From Trichomonas gallinae (lineage: Eukaryota), in NCBI GenBank assembly GCA_008369845.1, contig MRSU01004282.1, forward strand, positions 1-42,802: 42,802 nt of DNA, in the 5' to 3' direction. Of the stretch, positions 19,028 through 30,100 are shown piece after piece. Below the pieces are notes generated by a model, which was given only the letters and a program-made list of their open reading frames with translations, was not told the DNA's origin and did no database searches. The first letter of the stretch is position 1, and each line of letters begins with the position of its first letter. Made by a program: the position numbers and the translations under genes.

Positions 19028-21514
19028 TTATTGGCATATTAAATCAAGCATTGCCAATGAATCACCAAGAGCTGTTGTATTATTAACAGACTTAGACTTT
19101 GATTTTGTTTGTTTCTCGTCATCATTGGATGATGATATCTCGGAGAGATTTAATGAGTCTGAGAATGAGCTTTCTAGATCATTCTGTGGTTTTGGAGGTG
19201 GAACAACACTAAGCTCCTGTTTAAGTTTCTTCTTTTCGACTTCACTGTCAGCGAGTTTACGCTTTGTAGCATCAAGAGTGACGCGTAAAGATGTGATTGT
19301 TTTTGTGAAAGACTGGAGTTCATCTTCAACTTTTTCTTTGTTGCTGTAGACATTCTGAATATTAGATTGTAGAGTGTTGATATCATCAGCCTGTGCTGCA
19401 TTTTGCTGCTGAAGGGTATCGATTTTTCTTGTGAGGTGAGAAATTGATGAACGCAATAATGTTCCTTCAGTGCTATCAGTTATTGCTTTGGAATATCTCA
19501 CGCATTCATCGAATGCATCGACAATGAACTGTGATATTAGTTTCATTGAGACAGGAATGTCTTGTATCTTCTGGAGCTTCGCTTTAAGACGCTGATGTGA
19601 TTCTGTAATTGTTGGAACATTTGAAAATTCCGACAAACTTTCAACGAAGTCATTGATTGCGTTCTTTATTGCCTCAATGTCCTGTTTGAGTATTTTAATA
19701 GTGTTCTGGTCCTTAATTGTCTGTTTCTGTGAAATATCAAGCTGAGATCTGATTTCTGAGATAATAACACTTTTGCCAATTTCTTCTTGATTTTCTAGCA
19801 ATTTCGATGAAGTAACATGATAAATTTCGTTATTTTCGTTGATCTCTGAGAGCTCTTCTCCATTGAGTAGTTTATTCCTGAGAACACTGTTGGCCTTTGC
19901 GAGAGACTTAACCTCTGTTTGAAGTGCTGCAATTGTCCCTTCTTGGTGATTGAAAGCGATCCTAATATCGTTTAATTCGGAAACAATTGATAAGTGTTCT
20001 GTTTCGAATTTCTGTCTAATTTCTATTGCTTTATCTCTTTCATTTGCTACAGCATCTATTGCCTTCTGTGCTTCATCCCTTAGAATAGAATGCTGCTGCA
20101 TTTCGACGTATTTTGCATTGACTTCTTCCAGTTTTTGTCTTAAACCTTTTTCGGAATTTATTGATTCGTTGAGTTTCTCTGTTGTTTCTTTCAGGGATTC
20201 TGTCAATCTTGCTATTTCACCTTCACGCTCATCGAGCTCCTTATTCTTGTTCGTCATCTCTACTGTTATGCGGTCAAACTCTGCTGTGCTTTCGTTCCTC
20301 GAGTTTTCGTTTGCTGCGAGAAGTGCATAAGCGTTCTTTAGGTTTGTGACAGCAGCTTCTTTAGCCACTTCAGCTGCTTTCCTTAGCCTTCGCTCTGACA
20401 ATAATTCTGTTTGATTATCCTGATTTTGATTATTTAATTCTTGAATTTGACTATTTTGGCTTTCTATTGTAGATTTAAGCGATAATATCTGGTTGTTAAG
20501 CGATTGCACTTGTGTTTGATGGTTGGTTTGATTGATTTCAATTGTATGTTTTAATTCTGTGATTTGTTTAATGTATGTTTGATTTTGAGTCTGCAGGTTA
20601 ATGATTGTTGTATTTCCTGATGCAAGAGCTGTCTTTTGGTTCCTTATTTCTATTATTCTATTTGCTATTTCTTGAGTATAAGAATTGAATTCTGCCTCTT
20701 TATCAGATAGACGCTTTATAAGTATATCAATTGTTGATTGAGCTGATTCTACATCACTTTGCAATAATTCTGTTTCTCTAATTGCATTAGAAAGGAGTGA
20801 TTTTGAATCATTAACTTGCTGTGTTTGTATTTCTATCTGTTTACGTAGAGATTCGATTTCATGTATCTGTTCTTCAATCGTTTTCTTCATCTTTTTATTC
20901 TCATCAACAGCATCTTCTTGCAAAGAATTTGTTAGCGTGATTGAGTTCTTCATTTCTTCTAGTTGCTTTGCATATTTGAGTATTTTCTTTTTTAACATGT
21001 TTATTTCGCTAGAATTAGTTGTTTGGTTGATATTTGTTGATGAAACAGTAATTGATGAAGATGTTGATGACTTGAGTTGATCAATAGTATTCTCTGCATC
21101 TTTTATCTTAGATTCTGCCGCATTTACTCGTTTTTTGTAACTCATTAATTGTTCTATTAATTCCGTGCGAACATTTTTCTGCTTTTCTATAATAGATTCG
21201 TGATGTGATATTGTTTCTTGAAGTTTGGTGATTTCAGCTTGGAATATTTTCTCTCTATCTTTGTATCTTTGTTTTAAAATTTTGTTTTTTTCTGCTTCTT
21301 GTGCTTTAATATTTGAAATTAATTCTTCTACTTCTTTCTGCGTTCTATAAGATGGCGTTTTTTCGGTCATCGTTTTAGATAACGAAACATATAATGTTTC
21401 GCATTGATCTTTATAGTAATTTCTAGATGCCTTAAGAGAATCTATTTCAAGAGACATCTGATGAATCTTATCTAAAAGTCCTGATTTCATTTGCTCATCA
21501 TCTGAAGAATCCAT
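19028..21514 (-). CDS. Long coiled-coil protein, unknown function
   Basis: 828-aa ORF with continuous heptad-like composition. Confidence 0.82.
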   Translation of the reverse strand: MDSSDDEQMKSGLLDKIHQMSLEIDSLKASRNYYKDQCETLYVSLSKTMTEKTPSYRTQKEVEELISNIKAQEAEKNKILKQRYKDREKIFQAEITKLQETISHHESIIEKQKNVRTELIEQLMSYKKRVNAAESKIKDAENTIDQLKSSTSSSITVSSTNINQTTNSSEINMLKKKILKYAKQLEEMKNSITLTNSLQEDAVDENKKMKKTIEEQIHEIESLRKQIEIQTQQVNDSKSLLSNAIRETELLQSDVESAQSTIDILIKRLSDKEAEFNSYTQEIANRIIEIRNQKTALASGNTTIINLQTQNQTYIKQITELKHTIEINQTNHQTQVQSLNNQILSLKSTIESQNSQIQELNNQNQDNQTELLSERRLRKAAEVAKEAAVTNLKNAYALLAANENSRNESTAEFDRITVEMTNKNKELDEREGEIARLTESLKETTEKLNESINSEKGLRQKLEEVNAKYVEMQQHSILRDEAQKAIDAVANERDKAIEIRQKFETEHLSIVSELNDIRIAFNHQEGTIAALQTEVKSLAKANSVLRNKLLNGEELSEINENNEIYHVTSSKLLENQEEIGKSVIISEIRSQLDISQKQTIKDQNTIKILKQDIEAIKNAINDFVESLSEFSNVPTITESHQRLKAKLQKIQDIPVSMKLISQFIVDAFDECVRYSKAITDSTEGTLLRSSISHLTRKIDTLQQQNAAQADDINTLQSNIQNVYSNKEKVEDELQSFTKTITSLRVTLDATKRKLADSEVEKKKLKQELSVVPPPKPQNDLESSFSDSLNLSEISSSNDDEKQTKSKSKSVNNTTALGDSLAMLDLICQ

Positions 21515-22006
21515 CTAATTTAACAAGCAAAAAGACGTTTATGAAACTTTTTGTCAATTTCGATTTGTAAATTATTTTACATGTCAGAATTTGATTATGA
21601 AGCGTAATTTTTTTGACATCCATCATGTTATCTTTTAAACAAAGATGTATTTATTCAATATTAAAAAAAAATGCACAGAATCGTTTACTATAATTCCGAT
21701 CGTTGTAATCCTTCGATCATATCCATTCATATAAAAAAATGTAACTTGTATGTATGATATCTAAGCATTAGTGTAACAGGAATCTGGAAATTGAAATTTT
21801 ATTGTTTGAGAATTTCTTCAACAACTATTCATGTTGAATATTATATTGAATCCTTGCATAAGAGTTCCACTCTCGAAACACTGAGAACTGAACTTTCTCG
21901 ATTGGAGGAACAAAGAGAACAGCTTCTTAACGATAAAAACTCTTCACAAGAAGTAATGAATCAAGAAAAATATAGCTATGAATAGCAATACCAAGTAATT
22001 ATAACA

Positions 22007-23086
22007 ATGTTCGATGAAATGCTGAATAATTACATAAAAATTTCAGGCATTAATCAGCAACAGCCTCAACTACAACAGCAGCAAACAGATCAAACTCAAT
22101 CACAACAGCAGTCACAACAACAACAAAAACAAACTCAAAAGCAGCAAAATGATAAAACACAATTACAACAACAGCCTCAACCACCACAGCAACAAAATCA
22201 AACCCAACAACAGCAAGAAGATAATAGCATTGAATTTTTAATGCAATTTAAGGATGTAGTATACAAATATTTATATAATCAATTAGAATGTTATAACAAA
22301 GCAATTCAAGAGGATGTGTATAGACAGATTCATGCATTCGATGAAACAATTAATGATTTTTCATCCAAAAAGAAAGAAATTATAGATATGCAGACACAGA
22401 TAAATAAAATTGAGAATAATTATAACAACGTTTGTCAAGTAAAAGACAAAGTTGGAACAAATTCAGAAACTCAAATAAAGTTAACTGAAAGAGCAAACCA
22501 AATTCAACAAGAAATGAAAAATAAATTAAGTGAACACGCGCAAAAAATTAAAACTTTATTTAATGTAGATACCGGTCCAGATAAAGATTCAATCCTGGCA
22601 AAATTAACTGAGCTGCAAGCAGCTATTGATTCCAAAGAATCGGAAATAGACAAGGTTAAAAATAGTCGTGATAAATGCCAACAAATATACAAGGACTCCA
22701 AAAAGATCTCCATCATTATGTTGAACCTCTCGATATTTAGCATAAAAAGAGTTATTGAATCAATTGAAAATGCTGTACAAAATGAAAATTTAGAAACGCA
22801 AATGCTGGAACATAGGCTCAAAGAACTTAAAAGGAAAATTGCTGAACAAGAATTAACAATTAACAATTTGAATCATGAAATCAAACAGAAAAATAAAAGT
22901 GGTAAAGAAGTTAGTAAGATGATTGATGAAATAGAAGCACAAAATCAAACTCATAATGCAAGTCTTATTGAGCTCAATGAGCAAAAATCCGAAGCTCTTG
23001 GGAAAATTCATGAAATGCAGGATATCATTGGAGAAAACATGGCAATAGATATTAAGTTAAATGCTTTACTCCATTCCATCAAATAA
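22007..23086 (+). CDS. Coiled-coil protein with poly-Gln tract; possibly truncated at its 5' end by an in-frame TAG
   Basis: 359-aa ORF with a Q-rich tract at ~22055-22215. The upstream ORF 21791-21985 is in the same frame and also looks coiled-coil (LETLRTELSRLEEQREQLL). Confidence 0.72.
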   Translation: MFDEMLNNYIKISGINQQQPQLQQQQTDQTQSQQQSQQQQKQTQKQQNDKTQLQQQPQPPQQQNQTQQQQEDNSIEFLMQFKDVVYKYLYNQLECYNKAIQEDVYRQIHAFDETINDFSSKKKEIIDMQTQINKIENNYNNVCQVKDKVGTNSETQIKLTERANQIQQEMKNKLSEHAQKIKTLFNVDTGPDKDSILAKLTELQAAIDSKESEIDKVKNSRDKCQQIYKDSKKISIIMLNLSIFSIKRVIESIENAVQNENLETQMLEHRLKELKRKIAEQELTINNLNHEIKQKNKSGKEVSKMIDEIEAQNQTHNASLIELNEQKSEALGKIHEMQDIIGENMAIDIKLNALLHSIK

Positions 23087-23334
23087 TCATATTTACATGT
23101 TTATTTTGTTGATTTAAATCTTTTACGGAATAAATAATGATTCATTGTTTATTTATTTAATATTTGAAACCTTTATGATTAATGATAAACATCAAAGTTT
23201 GTCATATTCGTAAAATCATGCTAACATCAAAATATGAGTCATTTGATATTTATACTTTGATTTGGTTAAAGTGAGAATCTTTATTTTAAGTAATAATTTA
23301 TCACTCATTGAATTTGTTTTCCAAACAATAATTT

Positions 23335-25092
23335 TCAGTTTTCTTTCAATCCGTCTGATAAATCTGTGAAGATGACACCGAGAGCATGTGCACCAGCATC
23401 CGGATATCCGAGGCTACGCTCACCGACGACACCAGCGCGGCCCATCCTTGCGACGATATCCTTCGTCTTTTCGGCGCCTTTTACAGCTGCTTCTGCTGCC
23501 TTCTTGAATGCTGTCTTGAAGCTGTCGCCGTCCTTAGCACTCTGTGTCCAGCTGTCTGCACAAGGAACGAGTGCATCAATCAGTGTCTTGTCGCCGACAA
23601 CAGCGCCTCGTCCGAATGATCTTTCGCCTGTAGATTGGATTCCTTTGACAGCAGCCTGCATCATCTCTGCGAACTGATTGACATTGAGTGATTTGAGATC
23701 ACCAGCATATCTGCCTGCAGCACGGAATGCTGAGCCCCAGATTGGTCCTGAGGCACCGCCGCATGATTCCATGATGATCAAAGATGCGTGATGCAAGAAT
23801 TTGCCAATCGTAAGATTTTCTTCTGAAACTAACTCCTTCCATTCACGCTTGAGTTGTCTGAATCCCTTTGCAACGCTCATGCCGAAGTCGCCATCACCTG
23901 CATGAGAATCCAATTCACAGAATGGAACTTCGTTGTCAATGATGATCTGGCTCATGTGATCGATGAGGTATATGAGATTGTTGACTGTCAACTGGCCTTC
24001 AACTGTAGCATATTTAGCATCTGTTTCAATCTTGAATGAAACTGGGTGATTTTGCTTAACTTCTTCGACAATATCACTGTATTTGACTGGTTCGACTGGT
24101 CCAGATACCTTGAGACCTGGTGTGTTACTTGGGCTTGATAATAATGATTTCAATTCGTCATCAAGCTTCATGAATGTAACTGATAAGCCAGCCATGTCGA
24201 TACTTGTCATGTAGTTGCCGACGAATGTCCTGTAAATATTGATTCCGTTGTTGGATAATTCGCGTGTGATATCATTATTGAACAAATAGAGTTCCTGGAG
24301 TGGTGTAGCGCCGAAACCATTGATGAGTAATGCGATTTCAGTGCCTTTCTCTAACTTCATGTCCTTAAGAAGGTCGTTAACCATACGTTTCGCTAATTCG
24401 CTCGCGCTTGCTGTTTTAACGCGCTCTTTGCCTGGCTCTCCGTGGATACCAACGCCATACTCCATCTCTTGATCGCCTAATTGGAATGTTGGTGAGCCTT
24501 TTGCTGGAACTGTGCAAGATGTCAAAGCAAATCCAATTGTGCGTACATTAGCGATTGCCTTTTCAGCAACAGCCTTGACAGCTTGTAAATCGCGTCCTTC
24601 TTGAGCTGCTGCGCCAGCAATTTTGTGAATTAAAACTGTTCCTGCAACACCACGGCGTCCAACTGTGTAGAGGCTGTCTTCAACGGCGATATCATCATCT
24701 ACCTTGACGAAATCAACCTGAATTCCGTCTTCTGAAGCAAGATGCGCGGCATTTTTGAAATTCATAATGTCACCGCTGTAATTTTTGATGATAAGAAGTG
24801 TACCCTTCTTGCTGGCTGTTGCCTTGATAGCCTGGTACACTTGGATCTGCGATGGTGAAGCGAAGATATCGCCTAAAACTGCAGCATCGAGCATTCCTTC
24901 GCCAACATAGCCGGCATGAGCTGGTTCATGGCCGCTGCCACCACCACTGATCAGTGTAACTTTGTCTGCGTTGATTTGCTTGCTTTTAATAACTTTGTAC
25001 TTTGGAATCAACTCCAATTCGGGATGGCAGAGTACCATGCCCTTTGCCATCTCGAGTACCATGTCTTCAGTGCGATTCATTACTTTCTTCAT
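23335..25092 (-). CDS. dhaK: Dihydroxyacetone kinase, fused DhaK (DAK1) and DhaL (DAK2) domains, bacterial-like
   Basis: DAK1 motifs ISGGGSGHEPAHAGYVG, KNYSGD, GRRGVAG, GIHGEPG and TSIDMAG. DAK2 motifs GDGDFG, GGASGP, GDKTLID, GRA and DAGA. The ATG at 25092 gives MKKVMNRTEDMVLEM. Confidence 0.95.
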   Translation of the reverse strand: MKKVMNRTEDMVLEMAKGMVLCHPELELIPKYKVIKSKQINADKVTLISGGGSGHEPAHAGYVGEGMLDAAVLGDIFASPSQIQVYQAIKATASKKGTLLIIKNYSGDIMNFKNAAHLASEDGIQVDFVKVDDDIAVEDSLYTVGRRGVAGTVLIHKIAGAAAQEGRDLQAVKAVAEKAIANVRTIGFALTSCTVPAKGSPTFQLGDQEMEYGVGIHGEPGKERVKTASASELAKRMVNDLLKDMKLEKGTEIALLINGFGATPLQELYLFNNDITRELSNNGINIYRTFVGNYMTSIDMAGLSVTFMKLDDELKSLLSSPSNTPGLKVSGPVEPVKYSDIVEEVKQNHPVSFKIETDAKYATVEGQLTVNNLIYLIDHMSQIIIDNEVPFCELDSHAGDGDFGMSVAKGFRQLKREWKELVSEENLTIGKFLHHASLIIMESCGGASGPIWGSAFRAAGRYAGDLKSLNVNQFAEMMQAAVKGIQSTGERSFGRGAVVGDKTLIDALVPCADSWTQSAKDGDSFKTAFKKAAEAAVKGAEKTKDIVARMGRAGVVGERSLGYPDAGAHALGVIFTDLSDGLKEN

Positions 25093-25101
25093 GATCACAA
25101 A

Positions 25102-25235
25102 AATGAAAAATGAAGTGAGTCACTTTTATTTAAATTTTTGTAAAGTTTGTCACTTTTCACGATTTTTAGAATTAAAATTATTATAAAATATTAATATATG
25201 GATAGAAGTAACGAAAAATTCAAAAATGTCACTTT
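25102..25235 (-). promoter_or_regulatory. Trichomonad core promoter of the DAK gene: stacked Inr elements and three M2 motifs
   Basis: On the minus strand: TCACT (25114-25118), TCATT (25109-25113 and 25102-25106), and AAAGTGAC at 25119-25126, 25149-25156 and 25228-25235. Confidence 0.65.
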
Positions 25236-25714
25236 TCACGAAATGAGATGAAGAAGCGCAATTAAAATTTTGTACAATATTATAAGTTACACAGATTTAT
25301 AATTGATAGTATGATTATTTTCCATTCAATATTTCACAGCATTGAAAATGAAAAATGAGGATAATCGTATATTATAAGTTTTTTATTATCTAAAGATTGA
25401 AAATTTTTGACGAATCAAAAAAAGTGTAGGTAATTTTTATTGTCTTTTTTGTAAAAATAGTTTTTTTTGCTTTCATTCAGTATTTATAACAATTAAATAA
25501 ATAGGGCATTATAAAGTAAATTATCTACTCTATCGATATTTAAGATTTAAATCATACAAATCAAATGAAAAATTTTAATTTTTTAATGAGGAAAATCCTG
25601 GTTTGGTTGTCCATCAATAGCTTCGAATATATTTCTAATAAAAAATAACGCAACCATTGATACAGTAGATCCTAGAGAAAGAATATTAGATGAATTTTTG
25701 CAGTTTCAACAAAA

Positions 25715-25775
25715 AAAAGTTTACGTGTCAAAAATTATGGAAAATTTAAAAACAAAAGTTTACGTGTCAAAAATT
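25715..25775 (+). repeat. 22-bp direct repeat, two copies
   Basis: aaaagtttacgtgtcaaaaatt at 25715-25736 and 25754-25775, immediately upstream of the ATG at 25780. Confidence 0.85.
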
Positions 25776-25779
25776 CTTT

Positions 25780-26706
25780 ATGAATGCGGAGGAACTGAAA
25801 AAAAGACTTAAAAATGAAATAGGCGAATCTAACTGCTATATGGAAGAATTGACATGTACTCTAAAACTAAAGGATACTGAATCAACTAAAAAACTTATGA
25901 TCGCGATTAGAGATATACACGCAAATCCACTTCTCGAGGACCATGCATCAATAGATATATCATTCTTTACCATTGAAGATGAAAATGCTAATGAAGAAAA
26001 TACAATACAGGAAAAATCAGAAAAGCACGATCAAAATACAGAGAAAAAAGATCAAGATGCAGAAAATCAGGACCAAAATGCAGAAAATCAAGATAAAGAT
26101 ACACAGAATCAAAAACCACCTAAAAAGAAAAAAGGCTCTAAAAAGAAAACATCCACAAATACAGAAAGTGTAGATAAAGAAAAACAGCAAGGAGTCACAG
26201 AGGATATACCAGAAGAGATGAATTTTCTTTTGAAAGATGTAGATATAAAAGAAAATCAATTTACCTTTTCTTTTACTTTTACTGTTGAAAGAAACAAGGA
26301 AACAAAGAAAGAAACAAAGAAAATTTCTTTTGAAAGGAATGATAAGCGTCTGGTTGACCAAATACTTCTATACCTGAAAAACTCCATAGAACTGAAGAAG
26401 ATTCTGAAAACAGAAAAGAATTTTGATAAAATCTACAAAATTTGCGATACAATTTCAACAGATAAGGACAAAGATGCCATGTCATTAGCCGTCAGAGAGA
26501 AATTTGTTTACGTGACAGGAAAAGATGGGAAAAACATCTTCACTAAAGCAGCTGACGATAACAATCAAGAATTAGTTCGTCTTTTGATCGAATCTGGCAT
26601 TGATATTAATATTGAAGACAGAGACAAGTGTACAGCTTTGTATTATGCTGAACAAAAAGGTCATCTTTGAATCGAAAATATGTTGAAAGCTCATGGTGCT
26701 AAATAA
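25780..26706 (+). CDS. Charged low-complexity protein with C-terminal ankyrin repeats; last repeat interrupted by TGA
   Basis: The frame reads GKNIFTKAADDNNQELVRLLIESGIDINIEDRDKCTALYYAEQKGHL*IENMLKAHGAK*. The TGA is at 26668-26670 and the natural-looking end is the TAA at 26704-26706. Confidence 0.7.
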
Positions 26707-27158
26707 TTAATTTGTGTATTTTAACTTTATAATTGATTCTATTTTGACGAAATTCTCGACAAAAAGTTAACAGATGAGTTTTAAATCATACTCTTTCTTG
26801 CAAATTATTCGATTTTACAAAACATTGGAAAAATCATGACTGACATCGTTGCTTTGTGATAACATAGGTCAACAAAACTGTCTGATTTCATAAACATATA
26901 AATTTTCAAATTATCTTATTCAATATACATAAAAGCAATTCTATGAAACAAACTACAATTAATTTTGAATAGTTGCATGAGATGAAATATGACCTATCGT
27001 GAAATAGCTCTTTTTTATGTGCATGATAGTGGGAAATATTCAATCATAAATATGCTTTTTACTAACATTCATTCAGATGAAATCAATAAGATTTTAAATA
27101 GTTTTAGACTTAATATAAATACAATACAAAACAATTTATATAAATAAACAAAAAAATA

Positions 27159-30100
27159 TTAATATGAATTTCTTCTAAGTTTTCCTGTGCGTTTGTCGAA
27201 AAGGGAAGGACAGTAATGTGATAAATAAATCGGTGGAGCTTCAACAAGATCAACATCTTTGAACATAGAAATGGTTTGCTTTTCTTTGTCTATTTTCTTG
27301 ATCAAATCGTTTGTCGACTTCGAGAAAACGTTCAACGGAGGATAAACGAATTCCCTTGACTCGAAATAATACTCGCCTTCGAGTTCAATCAAACCGACTG
27401 ATTCGCCTAAATGCGTTGGCCTTGGTTCATCAGTCGCAATTTCGAACAAATTTATATCTTCATTCTTCTTCTTTGAAGGAGTTCCAAGACCAAGCAGTAG
27501 ATCATCGCGTGGAATTTCATCACCAGTTGTTTGAGATTGCAACTGTGCAAGTAGTGCAGCTTCTTCAGCTGCAAGCATCTCAGCTGATTTGATTCTATTC
27601 TTCTTTTTATCGCTGAGTTCATCAAGTGTAATTGCTCCTTTATCTTCTTCCTCGTAGTAGTCTTCTTCTTCGTAATAACTTTCTTCTTCATATTCGATTT
27701 CTTCTTCTTCAACTTCTTTCTTTTCTTCTTCTTCGACTTCCTTCTTTTCTTCCTCTTCCTCTAGCTTCTTCTTCTTGTTGTAGTGCCTCCTGTATGCCTG
27801 CTTATTGACAGTGATTCTCGCTTCTTCCTCTTCTTCATGCTTCTGTTCTTCTTCTTGTGGAATCAACTCTTCAGCAGGCAAAATTTCTTCATAAATCTTT
27901 TCTTGTGAAGTTTCTTGCGATGATTTGCTTTCTTTCGATTTCTTACTGTGATTTGATCTCGTTGATTTCTTTGGCGTTGACTTCTTTGATCTTGAAGTTT
28001 TCTTCGATTTCTTAGTCTTTGTTGATTCTTTGTCTTCATGTTCTTCGTATATAACAACTTCTTCGTGCTGTTTCTCTTCTTCTCGTGCTTTGATTCTCGC
28101 CATTTGAGCTGCTAATCCGCCATATTCTTCCTCATCTTCTTCTTCATAAACATAAACATATCCATCCAAATCTTCCTCCTCTTGCTCTTCTTCTTCCTCT
28201 TCTATTATTTCTTCTTCTTCGACTATTTCTTCCTCCTCCAATATTTCTTCTTCTTCGCCTGGTTTGTTGATGTCATCATCATCGGATTTGGAAATGTGCT
28301 TGAAAAATTCCCTCCAATATTTAGGCTTCTCGTACTCGTCTATTCTTATAGGATGCTTCCTTCCACCGAATGAATCGCAACGCTTGATTTTAGGAAGGAT
28401 GATCGGTGAATATTTGTATCTTGGCTTCTTTTTGACAACCTTTTTGACTCTGGCTTTTTTGATTTTTGTAACTTTTGTCTTTTTCTTCATCTCTTTCGCA
28501 ACTTTCACTTTCTTCACCTTATTTTCTTTCTTTTCTTGTACTTTGATCTTCTTGACTTTCTTCTTCGGCTTCTGCATGCCTTCTGAGACTTTCAGCTTTG
28601 ATTTATCGATGCGACTTTCTGGTGGAGCTTGTTCAACAACTTTGCGTACTTGTTTATCAGGTGGTGGCGGTTTCCTTGGTCCTTCGTGATCGTATTTGAT
28701 GTTCGCGTAGTTTGTTGTTGCTTTGGTTTTTGCAACTTGTATAGTTTCGCGTTTGAAATCTTTCTTGAGGCCTTCGGAGATTTTGTATTTCGGCTTTGAC
28801 TCTGTTTCTTGGTCAGCAATTTCTTCTTCTTCGATTTGCTCTGCTGATTCATCTTGTGGCAAAACATCAGATGAAGGTTGCGATTTATCACGGACAGCAT
28901 TGTCATTGTCAATATCAATATCATCTTCATCGGAAATCTCTTGTGCATTAATTTGCTCGATTTTAATGTCGAGAGTGTCATCGGCGACTTTCTTTTCTTC
29001 CGTTCTCTTCTTTTTGTCTCTAGAAGACTTCTTTTGGCCAGGAGGCTTCTCCACTGGCTTGTGGCGTGGCTTGAATTCAACAGTTGGCTGCCAGCGAGGC
29101 AAATTAATGAATGTATCATTTTCGTCAATTAAACCGTCTTCATCCAGTAATTTTCTCAATGCTGCAAAATCGCTCCTCCTTAAGTTCGCTTGAATGAAAT
29201 ACTGCGACTGTGTCAAGACCTTGGTGTTCTTCTTTACACCGAGATTGAACTCTTTGGAAGAGTTGGATCCTTCATCGTAAAGCAAACTTTCTGATGAAAC
29301 GTCAGAATAACCCATCAAATCATCAGATGTTTCCGAGATTGAACTCAAGTCACTATCATCGAGCTTTATCGCCTGATTCAGCATCATCAGAGGGTCATAG
29401 ACTCTTGGAGATAATGGTCTTTCTGATTCAGGGAGATTTGTTAAATGCAGACCAGCAACATTGAAAGCATTTTTAGTTGGCGTGCCAAGTTTAGGAATGG
29501 AATCAAGCGGCCTCCATTCTATTGGTCCATCTGGATAATTATTATGCAAATCACTCAGGATTTGATCTGTTGTGAGTTTTTCTGATTTGTTTAAGAGATC
29601 AAGAAGAGGATTATCTGATGATCCAAAAAGATCGCTGATTGCTTTGACACTTGGTGATTTTTCCCTCAGTTTTCTGACTTTTTCGTCTGTTGTATCGAAG
29701 AGATTGATTTTAGAAGGAAGAGGAGACATCTCACCAAATGTATCTTCTTCGCCGAATGTGTCTTCTTCCTGTTGCATTTTATCCGAGAAATGCGATGAAT
29801 ATCTATCCTCGCTATGATAGGAAGCAGAATGTTTATCACTGAGAATAGATTTTCCGACACTTTCCGCACTTTCTTCCTCATATTCTTCTTCATAAGTATA
29901 TTCTTCCTCTTCTTCTATGACTTGTTCTCCGACAACATTGAATTTCATTATCTTCAGCTTCTTCTTCCTGTGCTTGCGTTTTCCGTCAGGATTCGTGAAA
30001 TTGACTCCTTCCCAGTGGAAGAATGGCGAATGCATGTATCCGCCTTTCTTGTTCATCGACGTAATCGTTGATCCACCAATCGTGTTGATTACGAATCTGC

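Noticed and set aside
1242..26670. Alternative genetic code (stop-codon reassignment) to explain the in-frame stops
   Set aside because: The interruptions use three different stops (TAA, TAG, TGA). All three also end intact genes in this window, and the long ORFs are otherwise stop-free.
26668..26670. Selenocysteine codon
   Set aside because: The position corresponds to a non-catalytic ankyrin residue (usually Glu), and I see no SECIS-like hairpin downstream.
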